A stretch of DNA of 64,000 bases from Oopsacas minuta (GCA_024704765.1 JAKMXF010000321.1:124001-188000); one strand, 5' to 3'. Counted from the stretch's first letter, positions 1-13,639 are shown. Numbers and translations: made by a program. The notes: a model not told the origin generated them from the letters alone.

Positions 1-290
1 AAAATGAATTTCTGTAGAAGTTAGATTTGGACCGATAAAGCAAGACACTTGGTCACAATATGACACTTAATTTAATTATACGAAAAGTTCCGGGTCTATG
101 CGCTATGCTACTTTGCTTAATTTCGAGGCGTTAGTTCCAGATTCGCCTAAATATTCTAGTGTCAAATACTTTAGTGTATGAAGGCTGCAATATGATTGGT
201 GGATTTAATGTTGCTATAAATAGAATGATCATAAATATACACAATGAATTACAGACTACTACTAGCTACCTCAACCAATCAAAATGCACG

Positions 291-1144
291 CTAGTCATCC
301 TTAGATCCATATTTGATTATTCTAATAAACTGAATATAATCAAAAAGACCATTTTCATCAGGTGTTACCGCTTGGAACATATTGTCCACTTGTTCATTAT
401 TGAATCTGTCCCCCATGGTAGTGAGGAGTTCCCTTAACCTGTCTTCATGGATCTTCCCTGTACCCTCTTCATCAAAACAAGCAAATGCATTCTTGATCAC
501 GTCCTCTGGGTCTGTCCCACTTAACTTCTCTCCAAACAGAGTTAGAAACATTGTGAAGTTTAGATTCCCTCTGGACTCCTCCAACATTTCTTCTATATAC
601 CTCTCTGGGACCTCTTTACCTAATTTGAAGGGACATGTTAAACTGGAACTATAAATATACAAACCAGAACTATACTTATCAATCCTTTCTAACTATCTGC
701 CTGTATTTCTAATTTTATATGTGTTTTCCATTATGCGAGAAATAATCAATATTTTCCCTGATTAGCAAGCATGCATAACCCTTTCAATGGTCCTCTCCCT
801 CATTGAGGGGTGTAGACAAATACCAACGAGGTAACCATGGAAACTGGGACATAACACGTCATAGAAGCGGGCAGGGAGTTGGTGAATATATTTCTGGAAT
901 GTAATAAGTGATAATATATTATGTCCCCAGTATAAGGGTGTTATAATATATAATTCCACTTACCAAGTGACACCATCATCTCTTTCAAATCTTTAGCATC
1001 AATAAAGCCATCTCTGTTCTGATCGATTATATTAAAGGCCTCTTTGAATTCTTGTATTTGAGATTGATCGAACATTGAAAATATATTTGAGGTCCTGGGT
1101 CTACTTCCACCATGTTTTGACTTCTGAGCTCTGGTTTTAGACAT
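291..1144 (-). CDS. Myosin regulatory light chain (EF-hand), 2 exons (1144-964, 619-291)
   Basis: [33 protein letters not shown] and [30 protein letters not shown] are typical MRLC (MYL9/12-like) sequence; phase-1 GTAAGT...TAG intron 963-620 joins the frames. Confidence 0.93.
781..950 (+). mobile_element. Dispersed repeat family A, copy in the MRLC intron
   Basis: Core ctttcaat..ctccctca.tgaggggtgtag.caaataccaa.gaggtaa.catggaaactgggacata also occurs at about 24063-24170 (same strand) and about 21190-21315 (inverted). Confidence 0.75.
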
Positions 1145-1356
1145 GATTGGAATTGGAACTAATTAATATTCTAAATTGGAACTAAGAAAATAAATGGTAT
1201 GATAATTGCCTATGGATCGGTCGAAGCCCCTGGAGGGTGAGGATATTAAAAGGTGTTAATTTTATAACCTTACCTAGGACTAGGGGATACGGGACAACAA
1301 ATTATAAATAGGTGTGCGGAACTGGAACTAAGATATATGAATATATAAATAAGTAG

Positions 1357-4300
1357 CTATAAAATGGCGCAAACTTTAGAAGTGACAGGGTCGCTATTGT
1401 AACTTAAATTAGTCTCAACAACATTATCTAAAGATATATTCTGATTGGTAGACTCTTGGATGCTAGTTCTAGTTCCAATTTCCTCTATTTCCTCGTCACT
1501 TGTCTCAAAAATAGGCGCCAAAACCCCTGGTCTTCGAGGTACCAAATATATCTGTTCGAATTCTGGATCTTTAGGAAATAACCCCGGCATTTCATTGGCT
1601 GACAAACATTCGAACTGATCGCTGAATTCCAATACACCATTTATGTCGTTAAGATTATCAGTTAGTACTGGATAGCTTTGAGTATATTCACCTAATGGAT
1701 GTGAACATATTAAACAGGAACTATAAAATAACCACGGGTAATATGGAACTAACATTACCGAATTGATGTATTTTATCGCTCTGTTTGAAAAGATAAGGTC
1801 CTGTTTCAAATAGGATATTCTCTTCCAAACTGGAACTAACAGAAACCATCCCAATTGAGCCACAAACGGAACTATATGCCACAACACTTCCTGCCAAATT
1901 GCAATCAATAGAAGTAATAGACTCTCCCAGACAGAAACTAGCCAATAGAACCAATTCTGTAAATTCCAATAAATGGATGTATCCGTCTAAACTGGAACTA
2001 ATTATATAGCTTGGTTCCAGTTTGTTTAAGTATTTCACTCCTGTGATTGTATCTTTATGAACTCTAGATTGTGTCGCAAGTGGTTTGCCCGCCCCAATTG
2101 TCCATCTATTATGAAAAATATAAATACAAAAAGTGTCAAACTGTGTCTGTATTCACATACTTATAAATTGTGCCATCTTGCGTGCCACAAATTGCCTGCC
2201 ATTTATGAGAGATTGTGTCAATACACGTGACACTATCGGAAGTGTGAAAAGTTGAAACTAAAGTAGCTTGGCTCACATTCCAAAGCGTAACAGTTCCATC
2301 TTGACAACCAGCTAGTAGGTAAACTATGTTATCTCTAAATAATAAATAATTGCATTCAAACATTACAAATTGATTGGCTAATGTAGAATTAATCACAAAA
2401 CACCTTTTCAATATGACTAAAGTAAACGTATAAAATTGACCCTAGAGTACAAACGGGACACCAAACAAACAAACAAACAAACAAACAAACAAACATTATC
2501 GTAAACATAATTACAAGTGACTCAGAGGTAATTTGAATAATAGAAATTGCAGTTTCATATAATCATCATGTAATAGGAACTAAAATATGATTATTTAATT
2601 ACATAACAGGAATTTATATAAAGTCATTCCACGGGACAATGGGGACCATATGGTGCCCCGATGGGTCCACTTTATGATACTATGCTCCTCCCTCTCAATG
2701 GGGCAATAAAGATTCTAGGGTGTGTACACATTCCATTTTAACATACTAGTTGTTAGGAAGGAAAATTCAAAATCGAACGAAATATAAGTGAATTTCCTTA
2801 CTTGTAAACAAACTGTAGTTCAGATATAGATTCAGTTAGTTCCGATTCAAGTTCTAGTTTCCAGTCAATATCATCAATCTTCCATAAAAATATGTTCCCT
2901 TTCCTGTCACCTGAAGCTATTATCTCTCCTTCCTCTGTTATTGCGACACTTGTAAGTGGCGCATTGTGTCCGTAATAATCACTAATTGCCCGGGCGTTTT
3001 CTCCATGCCACAATTTTAGTTTCCTAAAATGTATTAAAATTGTATTTCTCAGTTGCAATTGGAACTCTGAAACTATGGATAAGTGTGGACAGCAACTATA
3101 TCTCCATTAAGGATATAAATTAATCAATTAGTTCCATATGTAACCATGGATAATATACTTAGTTCCGTTTTGTAATAAACTGCTTCTGAATAGATTACAA
3201 ACATGGACCATGGATTGTCACTAAATTTAGAATCCAAAGAAATTATTGGCTGATTTGAGCTAGGAATTTCAATCCCAATTGTTAGTTCCGATTACATATA
3301 TTTTGGTTCCTATAATTCCAAATTTACCTGTCATTACCAGCTGTAAGGAACCTCACAGAATCTCTATGTATAACTATATCATTAATAGGTTGAGGATGTC
3401 CCCATAGTGATAGTTCCTCTTTACAAGAATTGAGGTCTAGAATGGTCACATACCCATCTGCCCCAACCGTTACTAAGAACTGCTCACACGGTGAAAACCT
3501 GATTCGACTAATCAAACTATCGTGTGAGTTAGTTGTCCTGAATCCTTGAAATGAAAATAATTAGAAATTTTGATAGGCCAAGGGGGGATTTATGGGACCA
3601 ATTCACACCTCCATAGATTTCCAATTGTTGTATATATGGACATGATCAAGGTGTGAAAATATGAACTTCAGAATTTCATGACCCCAAGGACCATGGGGCA
3701 AACCTACCTTCTAAAAATAGGTCCTTCCCAATTAACCATACTTTTATAGTTCCATTTACATCTCCACTCACACCCCACATTCCATCTGTCGCCATTGTAA
3801 CACACTTGATAGCACAGGAATGTCCAGAAATAGAATTCTTGTTCACTCCAGTTTTTGGGTCAATGAGCATAATTCTTCCGTTATTGGAACCAATCAAACC
3901 AAGCAAGCAATTTGATTGGGCGAGGCATACACTATTAATAGTATAGGAATTGGCGGGACTTGATTGGATGAGCGTACATTCTTTTGTCCAAGTTTTAACA
4001 GTTCCATCCAAACTGGAACTAAGAAATATGTCACCTAGAACTGAGACTGAAGCTATAGGTCCGATGTGTCCACTCATTGTGCCACAATTTCTACTCGATG
4101 CCACATTCCAGGTCTTAAGAAAAGTATCATCTGAACCTGTGACAAACATCTGGTCATTCTGTAACAAAGCCAGACATCTGATTGGTTGGTTATGAGCTTG
4201 TAGAGTGTATATAATATCACCGAAACAGGAACTATCCCTGTGACAGTTCCATATACATATTTTGCCATCTGATCCAGCGGACAAACCAATGCGTCCATTT

Positions 4301-7300
4301 TTAGTCAAAGCGACACAATTGACAGAATCTACAAAACAAATTCGATCCATAAATTAATGTGGAACTAATAACAGAACCAATATTTCAATAAATAAAGAGT
4401 GTCAGTGGATTAATAAATAAGTATAAATGAATAAATAGGTTAGTAACGGAATTGGTATAATGGAATCTAAAAGTATTAATAAAGTGATTTCCTATCAAAC
4501 CGCTTGCTTCTCGTTGCTACGATTTTCGTTGGAATATTGGAGATATCCCGGACTGCCCATGGGTCCACCTCATCAATATTTGTCACCTTCCATCTACGGT
4601 CCTTTGGCCTCTTATAAACGGCTACCCTTGATGCCTCTTCTGCTAATTGGATCGTAGAGGGAGATTCCTCTAATATGGGGTCTAAATTGGCGTGCGTCGA
4701 CACATTCCTTAAACGCTGAGTGGCACCGGGTGTTACAAATGTGTCGAGGACATGGAAGTGTTTGTCTAGCTCATCCCAAGTTAGTTCCGTATTAAGTTCC
4801 GGTTTGAATTTATTGATTTCTTTCAGCAAAATGTTCTCATCCTGTGCCAGGCGGATAGCACCTGAATGCGGCATTCTGAGTGGTAGAGCTGCGACCATGT
4901 CTTCATCAGAATCGGAACTATTCCCAGGAATTTCTTTGGTTAAGAAATCTGAAATATCCCCCGGGGTAACACGCAGGTCGTCATCAAGTGATATCTTTCG
5001 TTTCAGAACTGTTTTAGTTTCTTTGGGAACTAACCCTTGCTTTGGTTCCGATTTGGCATAGAATGCTTTGGGCGGGGATGTATTAGTTGCAGTTGGATCA
5101 AATATTCTACGTTTCTCAGCAACCATTTCTGAGATAGTTCTCTCTTTTGACACCTTTCTTTTGGAAAATTCCGATTGTCCATTTTGGTTTCTAAGTGAGC
5201 GAGAAGGCGAGAATCTATGTTCATAAGGCGCCAGTTTAGTTTCAGGAATTTCAGTTTTGGCATAACTCAAACTTCTCGAACGTCTTACATCAGGTGCTAG
5301 TTCCAATTTGTCGGTTAGTTTCAGCTCCAAATCATCGCTAGAATAGGATTTCCCACCAGTAGTGGAACCAGCCAATGAGAGATGAGACACCTGATCTTCT
5401 GTCTGTGGTATGCCTATTAATTGTCCGATATAAGCTGACTTCTGATTGGCTAATCCATCAGTGAATACCGGGTTCTCGTGTATGACACCTTCCTGTACAA
5501 ACATGTCGGAAATAGAATTTCTGTGAGAACTGGAACTCTTAAACGAATGTTTGCGACGCAAGGAAATATTGGTACTGTGTCGTGAGCCACCTTTTGAACC
5601 ATCTGAGAGGTGATGGATATATTTCCGGACCTGTAGCATGGATATGAACAGGCATACTACGGTAACGAATACACACAAGATAGTTCCAATAACAATGGCA
5701 ATTATAACACCTTCTGATAACATGATTGGCTGGAAAGGTGACACAATTATTCTTTGTTTCAATTGTGTGCATTCATTGGCTATCAAACATTGATACTCGC
5801 CTGTGTCTGATATTGTAGCATCCTGAATTGATATGGTGTTAGTTCCAGTTCCAATCAAGGAACCATTCCGGAACCAAGAATAAGATAGTTCCGGTATCCC
5901 ATCGGCTCTACAGAAAATATCAAAATCTTCACCAAGAGTTATAAAATAGTTGAGGGAAGAGAGAACTTTGATTGGCTGATAGACTGTAATTTGATTGGTT
6001 GAATAAATTTCTGACGTCATAATATTGCTACACTCGTAATCTCCGGAATTTGATTGGTCAACTGGGTCGAATTTTATTGAAACCATTTGTTCGTAACTTT
6101 GGTTTATCCTGCCATTCACTTTCCAGATTATATGACTTTCAACGCCTGGCTGTAAATTAGAACTACAGTTCAGGCACCAACTAGAACCAATCAGGACACA
6201 TTCCTCAGTGGATTGAGTGTTGAAAATTGCTTTTGTAAACAATAATACAAACAATAAACAAATTTTAGAATTCATATTGAATGTCTATTGAAATTAAACC
6301 ATAATTTCTCTAAACTTCTATTGGCCAATCTTCTAACCGATGAATATTCTCACAGACAAATTATGGTTACTTAAAATATACAAACAAATGTTAATCTAAA
6401 CATACCAGAGTGTCCATTTAGTCGCTGAAGACAGGTGGCATTCTTTGTGTCCCACAGACGAATTGTGGCATCATCTGAGCCAGAAATAGCTATAGTGGCA
6501 TTGACAGACATGTCACAACTTTTGACACCATTTTCATGACCAACGAATACTAGCAACAGATTTCCTGCAAAGGAATGTTGAAATAAAAATTCTATATTTT
6601 GAAAATATAAATTTAATTTTACCAGTTTTGAGTTCCCAAAGTTTGAGAGTTGAGTCGATTGAAGAACTTAGGACTAGCATTCCATTTGACTCATTGGTAT
6701 CTTTGATACGAATGCAAGTTATTTCGTCACGATGGTTACAAAACTCATAAACAAATTCCGTTCCTATCTCATCGTTGCCAGGAGACAGAGGAATAAAATT
6801 TGGAGGTTCAAAGGAATTCATGGCAGATTTGATTAAGCCAATCAAAAGTGAGTATTTCGTGTCTATTTTAGGATTACGCAATTTCAAACCCGAGTCTTTG
6901 ATTGGCTCATTTTTGAATACAAAAGCCATCAAATGATTGGTCAGAATCTGCGGTAAACATTTAGGATCTCGACCAATAGAATTGTAGGAATTCTGTAACG
7001 CTTCTTTTAATATTCTGAGTTGACCAATTAAATCTGACTCTTCATTCGACGGCAATTTATCGAACAAAAGTGAGAAATCTTTCAAAATTTCAAAAGTACC
7101 CATCGATTCTATTTTTAGCATCAACCATCTCAGATTGGTAAGCAGACCAATCAAAACACGAGTTTGTCCTGTCTCAACTAAATGTAATGGCAATTCTAAC
7201 ATATTTCTTGGATTGAAATATGCACATTCCTCAGTGATAACTGCGTTGCTATGGGCGACAGAGGTTGGTTCCAATTGGAATACATTTTTAAGTTTCGTAT

Positions 7301-9834
7301 TCTGATAGTAATCTGCCATTAATTTGTGATAGTACATTATTTTCTCTGGAGTAGACAGGTATCGTTGTTGTGCTACATTTCTAAAAATAGAATGACTCCA
7401 TCTGATGACACAATATGACCCAGGGGCGACAACGTGAACCAGAAATGGGAAGCTTAATTCCAGTTTCAGCCTTGCCCAGAAAATAGGAGAGATCCGTTGG
7501 TTTTGACTGGAGTTAGGTGTTAGTTCCTGTTTTAGTTCCAAATTGTTTGAAAGTAAATCTTCTAATTCACATTCTGTAACTCCGTACCTGAGAAAATAAA
7601 CTGAATAACTCTTAAATCTGATAGGTCAGGATATTTGTGAATATTTCGCTAATATCTAACATTCCTAATGACAATACTCCGTTGCTAGTACCAACCAGTT
7701 CCTCAATAAATTCGGACACCAAATATGAAAAATGAAAATCCGTTTTATATAATATATTTATGCCTATTTGTCTCAGCCAATCATCATAATACCTAAGTAA
7801 ATTAGTGACCGTAACTATATCATGCTTAGTTCCAATTTACCATCTGAAACACTGATAAGGATTTGGCCAATCAATTTGCCTACATATATTACGCACTTAC
7901 CTAGCAACCGTAATGATAGATAGGCATTCTGTAACGAAAAGTTTTGAATATTTATTTTCAAGTTTTGTAAAAATTGAATTAAGCATTCCACCGACACTAA
8001 CACTCAATTCTGATTGGTCTACTTTAGAGAAAGATTTCCACTTTATTGCATCTTTGAGTAACAAATTCACATAAAATGGTGTTGTTAAACTGGAACTATG
8101 CATGAAACTAAGTACAATATGGAACTGAGATGATGTCATCTTTCTATTATGTGCTGACAATAAACTTGATAAGAATAAAGATAGTTCCGGTTCTGGGAGG
8201 GGCGATAGTTCCAGAAAGGATTCATTTCGTAGAAGAGATCGTGCGCCAAATAAACTTAATCTCTTCACTTCCGGTCTTGTCGTCAATATCAACCGGACAT
8301 TAGGCGCCAAATAGTTCGGTAACCAATCAATACTACTACCATTATCAATGAAATCCAGATAGTCTACGCCGTCCAATAGAATTACGAGTTTCTTATTGAT
8401 CGGTTCGCCAATGAGCCTATTGAAATATTCCTTCAGTTTAGTGTAAGTGTTAGGTGGATTCTGATTGGTTAGCCCTAGAATGGATGCCAGCTGTTCACAT
8501 ATACTTCTCAAAAGCGGGCAAATTGATTGGGCGGTTAGAGTTAAGCCTACAAATCTAACAACCAATCTTAATTCAGGGTTGTTTTCCAAAATTCGCGCCA
8601 CTATTCTTGAGATGACAGCTGTTTTCCCGGTACCTTGATCTCCAAATAATACTAACGGTGTTCTGAAATTAGAACCATCAATATAGGTGTTAATAGAAGC
8701 GACACAATTATCTGCTACTTTGTGGAACCCCCATTTTAAATGTGACATATTCTTCGCAAATTCCAAATGTGTGTTAACTTCGTTGCTAAGCTGAGACGAA
8801 AGAATGTTTGGAATTTTATTAGTAGAATTCTTTATGAGATTTTCGGTCGAACTTTTGAAAGAATTTTCAAAATCGGACAAATATTCTTTGAAACTTTCAG
8901 ACTTATTTGTGTCGATTAAATCTTGTCCAAACACTAATTTATGCTCGATAATATTCTCAGTTCCAATTCCAGTTCCATCTTGAGGAATCTTCAGTTCTTT
9001 TAACGCGTTTAACGCTTTTTTAGAATCTTGGTCTATTTCTTTAGTTCCATTTAGAAGATCGATATATTTAGTAACATAATCATGTGATAACAAAAATTTG
9101 TAAATATCAATAATTTGAGTTTTGAAGCATAGACAATGGTCATTCGGGTTGCCATGGTGATTCAACAAGCCTTCATATATCTCCAATTCGAATATGGAAC
9201 TAGCGATATTGTGTAGTTTCAGTTTGTCATTCTTGAAAACTGTTTTGGCAGCTCGGCGGAGTGAGCGACCAATCAGGTGGTTTTCTTTCTGCCACTTTTG
9301 TCTATCTGCATATTTGTCGTTGCTATGTTTCGTATCATGAGAGAAGAAATATTTATAACGAGTTGAAATCGGAACTAACGAATAATCATTCGAGAGGGAA
9401 TTGCCATCAATCCGGAACCAATCAAAGAACATTTTCTTAGCAATCGAATCATCCATGGTCCCGATTAGAGATTGCACCTCTTGGGAGCTAAATGTGTCTG
9501 GAAGTGGCCGATACCCATAACGCATGCCCGCCAAAATAACCAACCCAGGTCCCAAGCTGATAACACGTGAGTATACCACTTCTTGGCGACACAATTGAGC
9601 CACCAAAATGTCATTTATTATATCATCATTCATGTGATATCTCAAATCGATAAGTTGAAACTGAAGTCCATAATTCTCACAAAATTCTCTGAAGTGGTCG
9701 TAGAGTTTATTGATAATTTGGCGCTCAAAATGTTTATCCTGATAAACGGAACTAACATAAATACGGATATGTGAATACCCTATATGTGTTAGTTCCAGTT
9801 TGAAATCTGAGGAATGACTGAGCTTTTCTGGCAT
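1357..9834 (-). CDS. NACHT and WD40 repeat protein (NWD1/NWD2/TEP1-like), about 9-10 exons, ending in CAIL
   Basis: N-terminal IRIYVSS...LIDLRY domain, Walker A GDQGTGKT, Walker B ILLDGVD, many GH..V..W WD40 repeats; phase-compatible splices checked at 6405/4329 and 1758/1692; some internal exons only approximately placed. Confidence 0.85.
2462..2494 (+). repeat. (AAAC)n microsatellite
   Basis: Direct reading. Confidence 0.9.
4476..6275 (-). CDS. Intronless type I membrane protein: signal peptide, two Ig-like domains, TM helix, long cytoplasmic tail; nested in an NWD intron
   Basis: Hydrophobic N-terminus; C..IIW..DSGDYEC and FCRADG..YSW..DTGEYQC Ig signatures; TM VIIAIVIGTILCVFVTVVCLFI. 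Confidence 0.85.
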   Translation of the reverse strand: MNSKICLLFVLLFTKAIFNTQSTEECVLIGSSWCLNCSSNLQPGVESHIIWKVNGRINQSYEQMVSIKFDPVDQSNSGDYECSNIMTSEIYSTNQITVYQPIKVLSSLNYFITLGEDFDIFCRADGIPELSYSWFRNGSLIGTGTNTISIQDATISDTGEYQCLIANECTQLKQRIIVSPFQPIMLSEGVIIAIVIGTILCVFVTVVCLFISMLQVRKYIHHLSDGSKGGSRHSTNISLRRKHSFKSSSSHRNSISDMFVQEGVIHENPVFTDGLANQKSAYIGQLIGIPQTEDQVSHLSLAGSTTGGKSYSSDDLELKLTDKLELAPDVRRSRSLSYAKTEIPETKLAPYEHRFSPSRSLRNQNGQSEFSKRKVSKERTISEMVAEKRRIFDPTATNTSPPKAFYAKSEPKQGLVPKETKTVLKRKISLDDDLRVTPGDISDFLTKEIPGNSSDSDEDMVAALPLRMPHSGAIRLAQDENILLKEINKFKPELNTELTWDELDKHFHVLDTFVTPGATQRLRNVSTHANLDPILEESPSTIQLAEEASRVAVYKRPKDRRWKVTNIDEVDPWAVRDISNIPTKIVATRSKRFDRKSLY

Positions 9835-9954
9835 AATCTAATTTTAGTTTAATATGGAACTAAAAATATTCAAAAGTGCCAAAGGTGAGAGAATTAAGTA
9901 AAACAAAAATAGTGCAAACTCAAATTAAAATAAGTTCCAATTAAGAGTAAATAA

Positions 9955-12625
9955 CTACAGATCTTTAGTTCCAATTTCACCATTGGTTCCTGTCCCATTA
10001 ATAGCTCCAGTTTCATTTCCAGCATCAAAGAGCTTCTTGCCTTCACCAGAACTCAGAAAAACAACTTCAGTCAATCGCCTCTTTTGCACATAGTGTGAAG
10101 TAGAACTTGGTTCTGGTTCTGGTATTTTATGTTCTCGGCGACACAAACATTTTTTGAAGACAGAAAGCCAGAAAATACGCGCCTCTTTGACCGCCAAAGT
10201 GGACAGTGCGACAACTCCCCAAATGGAAAAAAAGAAGTCATTCAAAACAGTCAATTCTGGGTGATAAAATTGTGTATAATTGTCCTCACAACAAGAGGTG
10301 TTAGTTCCATATCTAGTGATACAAGCCCAATACAACTCCACATATGATATAAAAGGTTTCGAGAAACTGACTCTAACACCAAATTCGACAATTAGATACA
10401 AACAAATAACTGTGAAACAAACAATAACAGCTAGAGTTCTAAAGATAAACTGGTTTTGTTTATTATTCATATTTGATGTTTTGTGATTTCTTAATCGCAG
10501 CTGATTAATGACCAGCTGATTGATTATGAGAATAACAGATGTGAGGGACAAACCAAGGATGAGTGTAAGTGGAACTATGAACATGGCAACTATTCCAGTC
10601 GGTGTTGGTAAACAAACCAGAGGGTGGTTAACAATCTCATACCGTTTTGAATCGATCGCCCAGAATATTCCAAGAATTAACAAAGGAAGACCAACTGCTA
10701 CTATAAATAGAACAAGATGAGGCTTCCAATTGGCCCCCTCAGTAACCCTGAAGGTGAATGGGAACATGAGTATCAAGAGGACAGCTGCCACATAGAACAA
10801 ATACCAAAAGACAAATATGAAACTGACGTAGTGATATACAGCACCTATATGATATAGAACATATTAATAGATAATTTAATAATGAATAAGGTACATGTGT
10901 TAAGGACAATCAGATTGAGAGGGCGTTGGAGGGATGTATTACAGAAGACTCTGCTGAATAGGGTACTGTCCCATCGGATGATAGGGTCACTTGGCCAGAA
11001 AGAGAACCATACAAATACTTCTGGTACAAAATGACCCAATTCTAATGTACCAGTCCAATAATAAGAACAATTCCAGTCTTTTGCCGTGTTGTACAGTAAA
11101 CATTGGATATAACGACACTCATTTTGACAAGCAAAAAAGGTCGTTACATCCGATGTTTACTGTAGTTCCAAGTTGTAAATCAAAAAATAGCAATTTAAGG
11201 CAAGGACAGTCCAATTCCCCTTAATACGTGTTAAAATCGGAATTACCCTATGGTACCCTAATGCCACTATCTCTGTCTGACACATATATGTATGTATACA
11301 TGTATCAGGAACACAAGTGTCTGTGCCATATATAACAGCTACTTACCCTGGATATAACACTGTATAGTGGGTTCAATTCTTGAACTAATCAAATCCTCAT
11401 GACTACAGTAGAACTTCACGTAATGTATCTGTCCGATTAGTATACAAATAGCTAGAATATATTAATATGAAATTACACTAGACTCTGCTTAATAGACCCA
11501 CAGGTTTAAAATAGGGCCACTTGGACAGAAACAGAACCATAAAAAGTGTTAATTACTCAGGTTAATCGGGTCCAAATGGCCTCTGGTACCGATGTGATCC
11601 TATTAAGCGGAGTCTAGTCAGTCTAATGTATATTAATCACATACCAACACCTTACCTTGGATACCAGCACATACAAAGAGGTAGAAAGGAATTACTTGAG
11701 GAAACGCGAATCTAAAAATAGAAATAATGAATTTTTTGTTATTAATGTAATTACGAATTGGTAAGAGTTAGAAAATTGAAATTTGGTAAGTGTGTGGAAT
11801 GTGATAAATCTAGGAATAATTCCAAATTTCTAAGCGATATCTCAACATATCTCTGAGATAGGTGACAAAATGTGTAGACCTATCAGATTTGAGGGTTATG
11901 TAGACTGAAATTCTATTGGTTTAATGGATTATTTGGATTCATTTTATAACACTTTTGGTTGTGGCACAACCACTTAAATATTGATATATCTCCAAAAATA
12001 TAAGTCCGATTTAAGTGCTCAAAATAGCAAAAATGTACCCCAGAGTGCCATCTTCTCTAAAAACTATGTCACAGGACAATTCATAGTTATATTCATTGAG
12101 ATTACTGGTGTCTTATTAAGAGAAAACGGAAACTTACAATTTCTTCCCAATTATCAACCAAGTGATAATTCCGAGTATTGAGAAGATGAGAGAAATTGTG
12201 GAGGCGACACAAGAGACCACTCGTGTCACAATATGATACACGTGACCACCTGGATGCCACGTGCCACAAATCGGTACACAAAGACTTCCATTGTTTGTGT
12301 AAGGAAATTCACAGGTCAGGTTCAAATTGGAACTACGATTATCTAAAATTAGATACATAAATATACACATAACTCTGAGAAAAGGCGCCAAAAAGTCTCA
12401 GACCAATCAGATTTTAGGGTTAGGGTACATGGACTACGGGAGACAGTAGGGGATCTACACGATCTATTGTAGTCTATGGGAGGGACCCATAAGATATGTT
12501 ACAATTAGTAGAGGGGAATAGGGGGGCGCTGGCTTACCTTGAAAGCCAAGTGTAGAGTTATTAACAATACCGCAAATACTGTCAATCCTTTCTGTTTGCG
12601 CGTTCAATGAACCAGCAACATTCAC
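9955..12625 (-). CDS. Frizzled/Smoothened-like 7TM receptor, multi-exon; 5' end unresolved
   Basis: Linker CEFPY..LCVPICG before TM1; TM3 exon GAVYHYVSFIFVFWYLFYVAAV; further TMs in ORF 9955-10800; exon 12625-12538 splices in phase to the 12372 exon; no CRD seen. Confidence 0.6.
11477..11618. mobile_element. Tc1/pogo-type MITE, family B
   Basis: 19-bp TIRs ACTAGACTCTGCTTAATAG / CTATTAAGCGGAGTCTAGT (1 mismatch); related ends at about 10940, 13604-13840, 45700-45731, 49225-49322 and 54427-54540. Confidence 0.75.
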
Positions 12626-12904
12626 CTGTAATAATAATAATAATGGAGTGAAAATAAATCGAGCGAATTCCTATTCTCATACAAATGAACCTCCACACAA
12701 ATAGGGAAACTGGCAGACACGAGGTAGCATTTTCAGCGTTCTGGCGCCTATTGTGGAGGCTACACTGTATCTCATTATTTAATGACGTCATCATAATACA
12801 AAGTGTCCAATTCATGGAAAAAAGGAAGCGAAAATAATTTGTAAATTGGTATAGGGGTGCACGGGTGAAAAGGGTTGGGATTTGGAAACCGCTGGCCTAG
12901 GGTG

Positions 12905-13216
12905 TCAGCCCATATAAACAACGAGTAAACAACTCACGTCTGGTCCCAAGAAAAATCTGATTAAACTTGAGTAAGGCAGGAATACAACAAACCAAGACAA
13001 AACAACAAAAATAAAACACAAAATTTTCACACCAAAAATATTCCAATCAAATCTCTGTTTTCCCTGCTTTTTGATTGGTGAAATAGTTATTACAGAATTT
13101 GGCCGAATTTTGTGATTAAAAATTTTTGCATTTTTTTGTCTCAAAATATTTTCATCAACAGATTCATAATCTGACACATTTGGCAGTTTCTTGATTGGAC
13201 TGGAATGCGCCGACAT
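12905..13216 (-). CDS. Hypothetical small membrane protein, or an upstream exon of the Frizzled-like gene
   Basis: ATG-started 103-aa ORF with a C-terminal hydrophobic stretch; no recognised domain. Confidence 0.3.
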   Translation of the reverse strand: MSAHSSPIKKLPNVSDYESVDENILRQKNAKIFNHKIRPNSVITISPIKKQGKQRFDWNIFGVKILCFIFVVLSWFVVFLPYSSLIRFFLGPDVSCLLVVYMG

Positions 13217-13639
13217 TTGAAAAATTCCTTTTGAACATTTTCGTTACTTTTTAATATTTATAAGCAAGTTTGGCGCCCAAACTTTGAAATGCATGCATAT
13301 TGAAACCACAATCTGATTAGTCAATAGAAAAGTGGCTCAAGAAATATTCGAAATTGAATAACAGACCATTGTCAATTAAATTAAATAACGATATGGAACT
13401 AATTAAATGATAGTTCCATATTGTCAACAGTATATATGTATTTTGTGAAAATTATGATTAAAGTGCTTATTAAAATATAGTCAGAATTGTTGGGTTTCAA
13501 TAGTGGCCGTGGAAAGTGTCATTAATTAGATTTAAATTAGCATATGGTACATTTTATGGGACACATGTGGACCTGAAGTGAATATTTCATAAAGGGTATA
13601 CTCCACTTAACCGGGTCAAAATGGCCTCTGGTACCGATG

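Noticed and set aside
382-654. Many antisense shadow ORFs (e.g. 382-654, 3950-4195, 4720-5061, 14175-14546, 62385-62702)
   Set aside because: They are opposite-strand mirrors of well-supported genes with no independent features
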